Positions 49,966-61,906 of a stretch of DNA of 64,000 bases are shown piece by piece. Below the pieces are notes generated by a model that was not told where the DNA came from, ran no database searches, and saw only the letters and a list, made by a program, of their open reading frames with translations. The DNA comes from Octopus sinensis. Lineage: Eukaryota. Within the stretch, counting starts at the first letter, position 1, and every line of letters begins with the position of its first letter. The stretch covers positions 13,640,001 through 13,704,000 of the forward strand of contig NC_043021.1 in the NCBI RefSeq assembly GCF_006345805.1, written 5' to 3'. Position numbers and translations under genes: made by a program.

Positions 49966-51031
49966 CTTTCCCCATCTCCTTTACTCCTTCTGTGCCCCCT
50001 ATCTCACTGTCACCCTGTCCTCTCTGTCAAACTGTCACCTCTCAAGGACTTAACTCTTCATCCCATTTTTGTCCCTTCACATTGCATTTGTGTGCCACTT
50101 TCTGCTATAACCCCTGGCCAACCAAGCCTTGTGAGCGAATTTGGTAGACAAAATCTGTATGGGAGCCCATTTTAACTATATATATATACATATATATATG
50201 TGCGTATGTGTGTTTGTCTCTGATCACTGCTTGACAACCGGTGTTGGTTTGTTTACAGCCCTATAACTTGGTATTTTGGCAAAAGATAGAACAAGTACCA
50301 ATAGAATAAGCACCTGACTTAAAATAAGTACTGGGGGGTCGACGTATTCCACTAAACCATTCAAGGTGGTGCTCCAGCATGGCTGCATTCCACCGATTAA
50401 TACAAGTAAAAAAATAGAAGATAAAGGATATATCTTTAGCTAAATCAATGTGCCCCCCCTCTTCATTTAAGATAGTAGAGTGTAATTTGAGGGGATTTGG
50501 CTTCTATTTCTAGCAATATAGCTTCCTCAAAGGATAGTAGTAGTAGTAGTGGTGGTGGTAGTGGTGGTAGTAGCAGGCCTTAGCTGTTGCTTTTACTCAA
50601 GGTTGATTGATATGATGATGACTGTCTTAGCCTTATAGTTGTCTTAGGCTTAAGTAGTTTGTTTTATTGATGACGGCAGCGACACTGATGATAACGATGA
50701 TTATTGTTATTATGATAATGATGATGATGATGATGATGATGATGATCTTCACCGTATGCTTGTCCATCTCGCTCCTCCCCCCTCCACCTCACCTCTCGCG
50801 CTATGCCGTGACACAACCTCTTACACATTTTCACATTTGATTCTATGAAGAAATAAAGGATTGGTGTTTGTGTACTGGTGGGTGTGTCTGCCAAATGGCC
50901 GGAATTTAACGCGTGTTTGTATGTAAGTGTATGTGTGTATATTTCTATACAAAGACATACAGTATATATATATACACATATATATATATATATACACACA
51001 TACATACAGTATATAGGCACACATACATGCA

Positions 51032-51070
<39 letters not shown>

Positions 51071-51099
51071 GCTTTTTTTAAAAATTTCTTTGCTCGTTT

Positions 51100-51700
51100 C
51101 TCCACCCATCTTTCTCAATCTCTTTCTCTGTCTTCTATCGTCATCATCTCTCTCTCTCTCTCTCTCTCATCCTAGTTGCTCCTCTCTCTTTCTCTCTCAT
51201 CCTTGTTGTTCCTCTCTCTCATCCTTGCTGTTCCTCTCTCTTTCTCTTGCACCCCTTCTGCTCTTCTTTCTCACTCCTCTGTGCTTCACTCTCTTTCTCA
51301 ATCTCTGCATTTTTCTCTCCTTCTCAACCTCTCTGCACCTCTCTCTCTTTTTCTCGCTCAACCTCTCCCTTCCTCTCTCACCATTCTCTGCTTCTCTCTT
51401 TCTCTCACCTATCTCTGCTTCTCTCTTTCTCTCACCTATCTCTGCTTCTCTCTTTCTCTCACCTATCTCTGCTCCTCTCTCTCTCTCACTCACCCACCAA
51501 TCCCTGCTCCTCTCTCTCCCTCACTCACCCATCCCTGCTCCTCTCTCCCTTACTCACCCACCCCTGCTACTCTCTCCCTCACTCACCCACCCCTGCTACT
51601 CTCTCCCTCACTCACCCACCCCTGCTCCTCTCTCTCTTACCTGTCTCTCTTCCTACTCTCCCTTACCTGTCTCTCCTCCTACTCTCCCTCTCTCTGTCTT
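51100..51700. repeat. CT-rich block with 26-bp and ~32-bp units
   Basis: TCTCTGCTTCTCTCTTTCTCTCACCTA three times; CTCACTCACCCACCCCTGCT-type units four to five times. Confidence 0.9.
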
Positions 51701-52142
51701 TTGTCCAGCTGATTTTCTATCAGCCTGTCTGTCAACCTGTGTCGCTCCTTCAATCAGTCAGACTGACTAAACGGTCATGTGATATTGATCTGTCAGGCCA
51801 CCGGATAACGTCACACACACATTCTGGAGGGGAAGGTTGAGGCAGTGATACATATACAGAAAATAGGATATAGACACTATAAGACTGGAGCCTGGTGCAG
51901 CCTTCTGGCTTCCCAGATCCCCGGTCGAACCGTCCAACCCATGCTAGCATGGAGAACGGACGTTAAACGACGATGATGATGATGATGATATATACTTATA
52001 CACACATACACACATGTATGTATGTGTATATATATGTATGTGTATATATGTATGTATGTATGCATAATTGTCCAAAAATTCCATGAGTCAGAAGAGAACA
52101 GGCACGCATATATTAGGTAATAGATTAAATATTTTATTATTA

Positions 52143-52361
52143 AGGTGGTGAGCAGGCAAAATGGTTAGCATGCTGGACGAAATACTGCCAGGCATTTTCG
52201 TTTGTCTTTTACATACTGAGTTCCCCCTTCTGCTGAGGTGACTTTGCCTTTCATCCTTTCGGGGTTAATAAAATAAGCACTAGTCAAACACTAGGGTTGA
52301 TGTAATCGACTTACCCTCTCCCCACTGAAATTGCTAGCTTTTTTGCCAAAATTTGAAACCT

Positions 52362-52395
<34 letters not shown>

Positions 52396-53343
52396 CATTA
52401 TTGAAGCAGTGAGCTGGCAGAATCGTTACTGAGCTTGAAAAAATACTTAGCCGCTCTTTTTCTGACTTTACCTTTCCGAGTTCAAATGCCACCAGGGTTG
52501 ACTGTGCCTTTCATCCCTTAGGGGTTGATGAATTAAGTACCAGTGAAACACTGGGGTTGATGTAATTGACTAGTTCCCGCTCGCCAAATTTCAACCCTTG
52601 TGCCTTTAGGAGAAACAATTATTATTATCATTATTAATAATAAGGTAGTGAGCTGGCAGAATCGTTAGCCCACCAGGCAAAATGCTTGGCGGCATTTTGT
52701 CTGTCTTTATGTTCTGAGTGTTCAAATTCTGCCGTGGTAGATTTTACCTTTCATTCTTTCAGGTCTGATAACTTAAGTACCAGTGAAACACTGGGTCAAT
52801 GTAATCGGCTATCTCCCTCCCCCAAATTTCAGGCATTGTGCCTTTAAGAAAAAGGATTATTATTATTATTATTATTATTTTATCATTATTGAAGCAGTGA
52901 GCTGGCAGAATCGTTACTGAGCTTGAAAAAATACTTAGCCGCTCTTTTTCTGACTTTACCTTTCCGAGTTCAAATGCCACCAGGGTTGACTGTGCCTTTC
53001 ATCCCTTAGGGGTTGATGAATTAAGTACCAGTGAAACACTGGGGTTGATGTAATTGACTAGTTCCCGCTCGCCAAATTTCAACCCTTGTGCCTTTAGGAG
53101 AAACAATTATTATTATCATTATTAATAATAAGGTAGTGAGCTGGCAGAATCGTTAGCCCACCAGGCAAAATGCTTGGCGGCATTTTGTCTGTCTTTATGT
53201 TCTGAGTGTTCAAATTCTGCCGTGGTAGATTTTACCTTTCATTCTTTCAGGTCTGATAACTTAAGTACCAGTGAAACACTGGGTCAATGTAATCGGCTAT
53301 CTCCCTCCCCCAAATTTCAGGCATTGTGCCTTTAAGAAAAAGG

Positions 53344-53374
<31 letters not shown>

Positions 53375-54587
53375 TTTTCTACTCTGGGCACAAGGCCCGA
53401 AATTTTGGGGGAGGGGGCCAGTCGATTAGATAGACCCCAGTATGCAACTGGTACTTAATTTATTGATCCTGAAAAGACGAAAGGCAGAGTCGACCTCGGC
53501 GGAATTTGAACTCAGATCGTAAAGACAGATGAAATACTGCTAAGCATTTCTCCCGGCATGCTAATACCAGTTAACTTTATTATTATTATTGTTAGTAGTA
53601 GTAGTAGTAGCAAATCTACCCATCTATGATGGAGGTATAAAATGAGGGAGGGAAGTCATAACAGCAGTATGTATTGAGAAATGTGTAAATGGACTTGATA
53701 GATTACTGGGTGATGTCTTAGAGAAATCACATAATTGTTGGTGATACAGCATTCTATTGCAGCTGTATGACATGTGTTTGTGACTAAGTGACATGTAATG
53801 ACGATTCACTCCCCAACCGAAATAGGCTCCCACCCTCTGTATCATGAATGGTTATGTGGACCACTCCTAGTGAAAGCCAGACCTTCCTTTGAGTACTACA
53901 TAAAAGTATTAGGAAAAAAATGGCTGGGGGGAATTCAGAGTTAAGCCTTGTTGCCAGGATTTTAACAAAAAACAAATCAAAACTCAATATCCACTAAATA
54001 ATCATACTTTTTCACATTTTCCCCTGATTATCTCCTCCGTAATCCCGAAAACATTGTGACCATTGGTGCAGCCGTTTGATTGTGAAAAGGGGACAGATGG
54101 ACATAACGCCGTTATAGTAAGAAGTTGAGTTACTTCCCTTTGCTTCTTTTATTAGTTATCTCCCCCCTAAATTTTATATACTTTTTTATCCCCATAAACT
54201 GAACAATTACCCTCAATATCCACTAAATAATCATACTTCTTCACATTTTTCTTGCTAAAACCCTTCCTGATTACCTCCTTCGTAATCCTCGAAAACATCA
54301 TGACCATTGTTCTAGCTGTTTGACCAGGAAGAGGGTACAGACAGACAGACGGACATAATGCCCATTATAGTAAGATTGAAGCAGTAAGCTGGCAGAATCA
54401 TTAGCATGCTGGACTAAATGCTTAGTGGTATTTCGCTTGTCACTACGTTCTAAGTTCAAATTCCACTGAGGTCGACTTTGCCTTTTATCCTTTTGGGCTC
54501 GATGAAATAAGTACCAGTTCAGTACTGGGGTCAATGTAATCAGTCCCCTCCCCTGAAATTTCAGGCCTTGTGCCTATAGTAGAAAAG

Positions 54588-54618
<31 letters not shown>

Positions 54619-55060
54619 GTAGTAGTATTACTACTAAAGTGAGGGAGGCGAGATGGCTAAATATTAGTATGCTGGGCAAAGTGTTTTATGACTTTTTGTC
54701 TGTGTTTATGTTCTGAGTTCAAATTCCACTGAAGCCCACTTAGCCTTTCATCCTTTCAGGGTTGATAGAATAAGTACGAGTTGAACAATGGAAGTCAATG
54801 TAATTGACTTTCCCCCATCCACCGAAATTGCTGGCCTTGTGCCAAAAATTTGAAGCCAGTCTTACTACTAAGGTAGTGAGCTGGCAGAATTGTTAGCAAG
54901 CCTGACAAAAATGCTCTGCAGCATTTCTTCCAGCTTTACATTCTGAGTTCAAATTCTGCTGAAGTTGACTTTGCCTTTCATCATTTTGGGGTTGATAAAA
55001 TAAGGAGCACTTGAATGCTAAGATTGATGTAATCAATTAGTTCCCTCTTCCAAAATTTCA
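52143..55060. mobile_element. Cluster of nine SINE-B copies mostly linked by (TTA)n tails, including a 488-bp exact duplication
   Basis: Plus copies start ~52143, 52403, 52643, 52891, 53131, 54378, 54640 and 54871; a minus copy spans 53373-53565. 52403-52857 is identical to 52891-53345. Confidence 0.85.
54000..54376 (+). repeat. Two diverged copies of a short repeat ending ..ATAGTAAGA(T)
   Basis: CTCAATATCCACTAAATAATCATACTT and GGACATAA.GCC..TATAGTAAGA each occur twice; the family is unclear (possibly Helitron/Helentron-like ends). Confidence 0.6.
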
Positions 55061-55139
55061 TGCACACACATACACAGGTATACACAAATATATATATATA
55101 TACATATATAGATATATATTCATATATATATATATATAT

Positions 55140-55530
55140 CATCATCATCATTTAACGTCCGCTTTCCATGCTAGCATGGGTTGGACGATTTGACTGAGGA
55201 CTGGCGAACCAGATGGCTGCACCAGGCTCCAATCTGACCTGGCAGAGTTTCTACAGCTGGATGCCCTTCCTAACGCCAACTACTCCGAGAGTGTAGTGGG
55301 TGCTTTTACGTGCCACCTGCACAGGAGTCAGTCTAGCAGCACTGTCAACGACCTCGCTCGAATGTTTTGTTCGTGTGCCACCGGCACAAGTGCCAGTAAG
55401 GCGACACAAGTAAAGATCACGCTCAAATGGTGCTTTTTACGTGCCACCGACACAGAAGCCAGACAGCTGCTCTGGCAGAGATCCCACTCAGATAGAGCTG
55501 TTAGCGCTCCACTGGCACGGGTGCCAGTCA
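55140..55530 (-). mobile_element. RTE-type 3' tail (family C)
   Basis: Same motifs as the other family-C copies. Confidence 0.85.
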
Positions 55531-56740
55531 TCATACATACACACACATATTTCAATAGCGTCATTACACATACCACCATATGAGCAGCCACACACACTGT
55601 TTAACTCAGTACACACACCATCTTGCACACATCCACACAAGCACATAATACCTGAACACAGACTGTATATACATACACACGCAACACACATTAACACATG
55701 TAACATACATAGACAAAGATAACTTTCGCCCACATACATACACCATACATATGCGCACTGTTTGGTCACAGACACACACACACTGAAGTTACACACACAC
55801 ACCATTCTCACTTAAATACACACGCATGTGCACCTCTTGTTGGGATCACTAGTACTTTATTATCTCCCTTTCTTTCAACCATTTTTTGTTTAATCATTCG
55901 CCATGCTGGACTGCTGAAATCTACAAGTTTTTTCTGTTCTTTCTCTGAGAATCCACATATGAGTGTGTGTGTGTAAAATTATTTGGAGGGGCTCACACAT
56001 ATATACTTATATTAGTGTAGTACCTGTCAAAAATGATGGGGTTTGTGTGTAGAATGTATTAATATATTATGCAAACATAAACTTCAGAAACTTTTCAAAT
56101 ACAAATATAGACATCAATATACAGATAGTGATCAGCATTCGCTCAAGGGCTTTTTAAGGCCGAGTATTTTCCTTCATTAGTCTTCACACACTCTCTCTTT
56201 TTCTCCCTCACTTTTTTCTTAGTCTATCTTTGTCTTTGCTATATTTTGTGTTCATTCCAAATATCTCATAATCCTCTTTTATTTCTAAGTCACCTCCTGA
56301 TTCTGTTTTACTTCCTTCCTTCTTGCTCTTTCTTTTTCTTTCTTTCTTTCTTTCTTTCTTCTTTCCTTCCTTTCTTCCTTCCTTCCTTCTTCCCTCCCTT
56401 CTCCTCTCAAAATATATTCTCACTTCATTTCTTTTTCGTGTATCTTTCTCATTTACCTTTCTACACTTTCTCTCTCTTCCCATTTTCCCATTTGGTCCTT
56501 TTCTACTTACCATTGAGCTTTAGTTGAAGACGCTTGCTCAAATTGCTGTACTGTGGAATTGAACCTAAAATTTTATAGCTGGGAAGCAGGCTTTTCAACC
56601 TCACAGCCTTGCTTGTGCACACATACATATATCCATGTATATCTGCATATGTGTGTGTGTGTATATATATCTGTATACATATTGCATAATGTCTGTATAT
56701 ATATGTGTGTGTGTGTGTATACATACATACTGCATAATGC

Positions 56741-56782
<42 letters not shown>

Positions 56783-57865
56783 ATATATACACGTGTGTGT
56801 ATAGCATTTATGTGCTTTTGTGGTTAATAAGCTTACTTGGAACCCCATGGTTTTGAGTTCAGTTTCACTTTGCAGTTGATTGCTGTCCTCTACTAAAGCC
56901 ATTTGTTGACTCTTACCTAATGAATGAAATTTAATAAAAGGAAACTGTGAGAAGCATGTCATGCGTGCATGTGTGTTAATGTGTGCATAATTGAATAAGG
57001 ATTGTCCTTGCCATGACATGTGCACACTAACTGCAAACAGTGTCACCATTCATACAAAAGGTGTTGTCTGTTTGCAATTCTCTGTGTAAGTTTGTCCAGG
57101 CTGTTGATTGTTTAATAGACAAAGGAAAAACAGGTGAGAGTTGGCAATAGGATGACCACCTGGCTCTAGAAAATTCTGCTAGTATGACAGTGACAACAGT
57201 TTCTGTCTATGAAATTCACTCACAAGGCCTTGGGCAGCCCAAGGCTACGGTAGAAGTTACTTGCCTGAGGTGCTACACAGTAGGACTGAACACGGAACCA
57301 TGTGGTTGGGTAGCAAACTTCTTACCAAACGGGCCACACACATGGATACACATGTATACTTGGTAATTGTCACGTGCAAAACTTTTGGCCCTTGAATCAC
57401 TTATGTAATTTTCTAACAAATAAACAACAACAACAACAACAACAATAATCTTTTCTGCTAAATGCACAAGGCCTGGAATTTTGTAGGAGGGGATTAGTTG
57501 ATTACATTGACTCTAGTCTTCCACTGGTACTTATTCTATTGACCCCAAAATGATGAAAGGCAAAGTCAAACCTGGTGAATAATAACAACAACAACAACAA
57601 CAACAATAATAATAATCTTTTCTACTATAGGCACAAGGCCTGAAATTGATGGAAGGGAGCTAGTTGATTATATCGACCCCCAGCTTTTCACTTGTACTTA
57701 ATTTATCAAACCCAAAAGGATGAAAAGCAAAATTGACCTCAGTAGAATAATAATAATAATATAATAATAATAATAATAATATAATAATGATAATGTGTAT
57801 GCATGTGTATGTCTAAGTGTAAGAAGCTCGTGTGTGTGTGTGTATGAACAACATGTATGTATGTG

Positions 57866-57896
<31 letters not shown>

Positions 57897-57900
<4 letters not shown>

Positions 57901-58128
57901 GGCGAGCTGGCAGAAACGTTAGCACACTGGGCGAAATGCGTAGCTGTATTTCGTCTGTCGTCACGTTCCGAGTTCAAATTCCGCCAAGGTCGACTTTGCC
58001 TTTCATCCTTTCGGGGGTCGATAAATTAAGTACCAGTTACACACTGGGGTCGATATAATCGACTTAATCCGTTTGTCTGTCCTTGTTTGTCCCGTCTGTG
58101 TTTAGCCCTTGTGGGTAGTAAAGAAATA
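57897..58128 (+). mobile_element. Full-length young SINE family B
   Basis: AAGGTGGCGAGCTGGCAGAAACGTTAGCAC..GTTCAAATTCC..GTGGGTAGTAAAGAAATA; CpGs intact. Confidence 0.9.
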
Positions 58129-58139
58129 TATATAAAGAT

Positions 58140-58245
58140 AAAACTTACTTGGAAGAGGATGCATGGCGTTCAATCATATAATAATATAATAATATATATA
58201 TGCACATATACATATATGTACATACATCTATACGTATATATATAT

Positions 58246-58282
<37 letters not shown>

Positions 58283-58480
58283 GCATATGTGGGCACAGGA
58301 CATATTGAAACGTGTACAATAAAAAAGTATGAAGCATGAGTACATGGAACATGAACTGTTCTTTCAAACAACAAAAAACCCAAATGGAAAACAAAGCAAA
58401 CAACATAAGGAACGACCCTTCATCAGTTGTTGGCTGTTTTTCTAGTCTCGTATTTCAAGCATTTAACTACAATTTTCCTA
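58140..58480 (-). repeat. Second copy of the 46866-47280 repeat with an inverted internal arrangement
   Basis: The AAAACTTACTTGGAA end is in plus orientation while the body (58285-58480) is reverse-complemented. Confidence 0.55.
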
Positions 58481-59181
58481 TATATCGCTGGCAAGGAGAT
58501 GAGTTGCTCCTATCTCTTGTGGTCGAGTGCCTGTCACTGACAAGACCAAACAAGGTCGAGATCCTAATTTGGTGGTCTTGGTGCTGGAGGCTAGGGGATC
58601 TATCTTCCTGCTTGTGATATAAACAAGAGTGCATTTTGCACCAAAAACCAATATGAGTGTTTCTCTCATGGTATTTACTGCAGCATAGTCTGTTCTAACA
58701 CAACATCCACATTTAAGTGGGGATAAAGATTACTTCTCAGTTTTAATACTGCCTCTGCAACTAATATATATTTTTTAACTGATATAAACATATGTTCCAC
58801 TTTGTCCATTGAACTCTTTTTCAGCATTTTGTATCACCATACTAAATGTTTGTATGTGTGTGTGTGTGTGTGTGTGCATTACATAACAAGTTTCTTAAAA
58901 TCAGTGGCATTTTGAGCTTGGCTTTCTGGGTAAAGAGATGTAGTGTGTATGATTTTGTGTGTGTGTGTCTTTGTGTATGATTGTGTGTTTGTGTAGGCGG
59001 GGGCGGGAGAGAGGGAATGAGAGAGCGAAAAAAGCAGGAATGTAAAGTAGGCAGCTAATAAGAGTACCTTGGCATAAATTGGTGGAGACCTGATGTACAA
59101 AAGTGACGGGAATGTAAAATATTACCTACAATATGTGAGGACTTTGAAGTTGGTCAAGGCTGAGAAATGCGATGTGTGTGT

Positions 59182-59217
<36 letters not shown>

Positions 59218-59924
59218 TATGTGTACTGAACTCTAGATATGTGAGTTGGCTATTTGTAGAGAGAGGGAGAGAGACAGACAGGGGGGTTGAGTGATTGAAT
59301 GCATGACCAGTGTTGTTAAACCCTGTGTCAACTCTGATCCTGTTGGCTTAGGATCAAATCAGTAACGAAGCAGTGACCATCTTGCCTATTTTATCCTCTA
59401 TCTTTTACCTTTTACTCGTTCCATTTATTGGGCTGTGGCCATACTGGAGCACTGCCTAGAAATGTTTTAGTCGAACAAATCAACCCCAGTACTTATATAT
59501 TTGTTTATTTTTTTCACAGTCTGGTACTTAATTTATTAATTCCCTTTTGCTAAGCCACTAAGTTACAAGGACATAAACCAACCAGCACCAGTTTCAAGTT
59601 TTAATGGGGGACAAATACAAACAGAAAAGCACACGCATGTATACACATACACATATGTACGCCACACACACACACAATGGATTCCCACACTGTGTCCGTC
59701 TTCCAAATTCACCCACAAGGTATTGATCAGCATTTAGCTAAGCTGGCACACAGTGGGACTGAACCTGAAACCACATGGCTGCTAACGAACTTCTTAATCA
59801 CACAGCCCTGCCTGTCCCTTGTGCAGAAACGTCTACATTGTCCAGCATCTTCCCCCTGTGTTAAGATAGTAGGTTGTGATGATAGGACCCTAACGACCTA
59901 ATGCATTGTGGGAAGTGAGTGTTA

Positions 59925-61112
59925 TCAGCATGATTTCAACACCTTTAATGGATCTTTTTAAAATGCTTCAAACCACTTGATTGTATGTGAAATTTGCACC
60001 AGATTTTTTTCTCAAATTTTTTAACACCAATATACTGTATGTAGTTTTGCATGCTGACTACAAAAATAGCATTTCCTAGAAATTAATAATCATCATCATC
60101 ATCATCGTTTAGCGTCCGCTTTCCATGCTAGCATGGATTGGACGGTTCAACTGGGGTCTGGGAAGCCAGAAGGCTGCACCAGGCCCAGTCTGATCTGGCA
60201 ATGTTTCTACAGCTGGATGCCCTTCCTAACGCCAACCACTCCGTGAGTGTAGTGGGTGCTTTTTACATGCCACCGGCACAGGTGCCAGATGAGGCTGGCA
60301 AATGGCCATGATCGGATGGTGCTTTTTACGTGCCACCAGCACGAGGCCAGTTGGGGCACTGGCAACGGCCACGTTCGGATGGTTCTCTTACGTACTACCG
60401 GCACTGGTATCATAGCTGCAATTTCCATTGATGTTGATCGATTTTGATTTTGGATTTAATAATAAAGAAGACAAAAGCATTTGAAGTTGTAAGATACTGA
60501 TAAGGAAATAATTTTATTCTCAAACACAGGATAATGCTAATAATATAGCATGTACAGAGGGATGTGAGTTTGAGTCTCATGACTGGCCGCCAACTGATTT
60601 TTCTGCAAAATATGGATAGTTTATCCTGTCCGTGCTATATTATTAGCATTCTCCTGCATTTGAGAATGAAATTATTTCCATACCTGTATCTTTCAATACA
60701 TCTCAATGCTTCTAAAACAAACTTTGTTTGTTGACTTTCAACACAAGTTGAATTTAACATATCTAAAGTTGTGTAATTTTAGCCAATAGGAAGCCTCTGT
60801 TGCTGATGTATTGGAAGTTATATCTGCCTATTTTTATGGTGACCACATCTTATTGTTCTTTAGTAAGCAGCAGTAGTTGTAACTTCTGATATATTAGCAA
60901 TGGAGGGTTCCAATTAGCTAAAATTACGTAATTTTAAATGCTTGTACTTTATTATTAATTTCTAGAAAACGAAAAAAAGAAAGAAAAATGTGGTTTTCAT
61001 CATCAACATATAAAAACTACAGCAGAGTAAGAAAATTTGAAAAGAACCTGGTGAAAATTTGAAATGCATCAAGTGGTTCGAAGCATTTTAAAAAGATCCA
61101 CTTGAAATCACT
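59925..61112. mobile_element. Foldback/long-TIR DNA element with nested insertions
   Basis: TGGATCTTTTTAAAATGCTTCAAACCACTTGAT (~59948) is the reverse complement of ATCAAGTGGTTCGAAGCATTTTAAAAAGATCCA (~61069-61101); the similarity extends inward to CTAGAAATTAATAAT. Confidence 0.8.
60091..60455 (-). mobile_element. RTE-type 3' tail inserted in the left TIR, 8-bp TSD
   Basis: TTAATAAT at 60083-60090 and 60456-60463. Confidence 0.85.
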
Positions 61113-61639
61113 GATCATGTTAGATTCCTCTCTGTTGGACTGTGAGACGGAGGGTGAGTTTAGATGTCAAGAAGTTTAGAATGTTCTGTTGACATTTAGT
61201 GGGGAGTGTAAGGAAGAGTTTAATAAGAGAGGGAGAGGGAGATAGAGAGAGAGGTGGAAAGGGAGAGAGAGAGAGAGAAAGAATTTTGTGGATGCTATTG
61301 TAGCATAGCGTAAATGGTATCTGCTCTCTTTCTCTGTCTCTCTCTCCTCTCTCTGTTTCTATCTGCCTCTTTTTTTTCTCTCTCTCTCTCTCTCTCCTCT
61401 CTCCGTCTCTTTCTTTGGTCTCAAGGTCCTTTCAAGGACCATTTCTTAGTTGCACAAATGAATATTATATATATATATATGTATATAATTTTACTTCGTG
61501 TGTGTGTGGTTATAAGTACATTTATACTTTTCTCTATTTGTCTCATGGTTCCATCTCTCTCTCTCTCACACGCACACTTACATACACAAACAAAATTTAT
61601 GAATAAAATTTATGCACATATACTTGCATATAGACAAGC

Positions 61640-61860
61640 ATGCACATTTTTAGGTGTATGTATATGAGTCAGACGCCATGATAGATCATTAGCCACTACA
61701 CACATTTTTTGTCTCTCCTTGTTTTTTCTGTGTACATTTCTGTAGAAGAGCGTAGGCTCGAAACATAAAAGACTTTTACTATTCCTGAGCGCTATACTAA
61801 TACATCTATTTGTTTTGTACACCACCTGTCTTCATCTTTTGTTTTTTTCGTAAGCTTTCC

Positions 61861-61865
<5 letters not shown>
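61640..61865 (+). mobile_element. Probable Penelope-like terminal repeat containing a degenerate minimal hammerhead motif (61737-61770)
   Basis: TTT-CTGTAGA-A-GAGC-GTAG-GCTC-GAAA-CA-TA-AAA. Confidence 0.55.

Positions 61866-61900
<35 letters not shown>

Positions 61901-61906
<6 letters not shown>

Noticed and set aside
49240-50175. 311-aa Cys/Pro/Leu/Ser-rich ORF
   Set aside because: It is the translation of the 17-bp minisatellite.
8485-57049. Dozens of ORF-track entries rich in YI, CV, HT, LS, RE or YLSI
   Set aside because: They are translations of (TA)n, (TG)n, (CA)n, (GA)n and (TCTA)n tracts, which lack stop codons.
1862-58128. tRNA-like A/B-box sequences
   Set aside because: They are SINE heads with no complete cloverleaf; no genuine tRNA or rRNA gene was seen.
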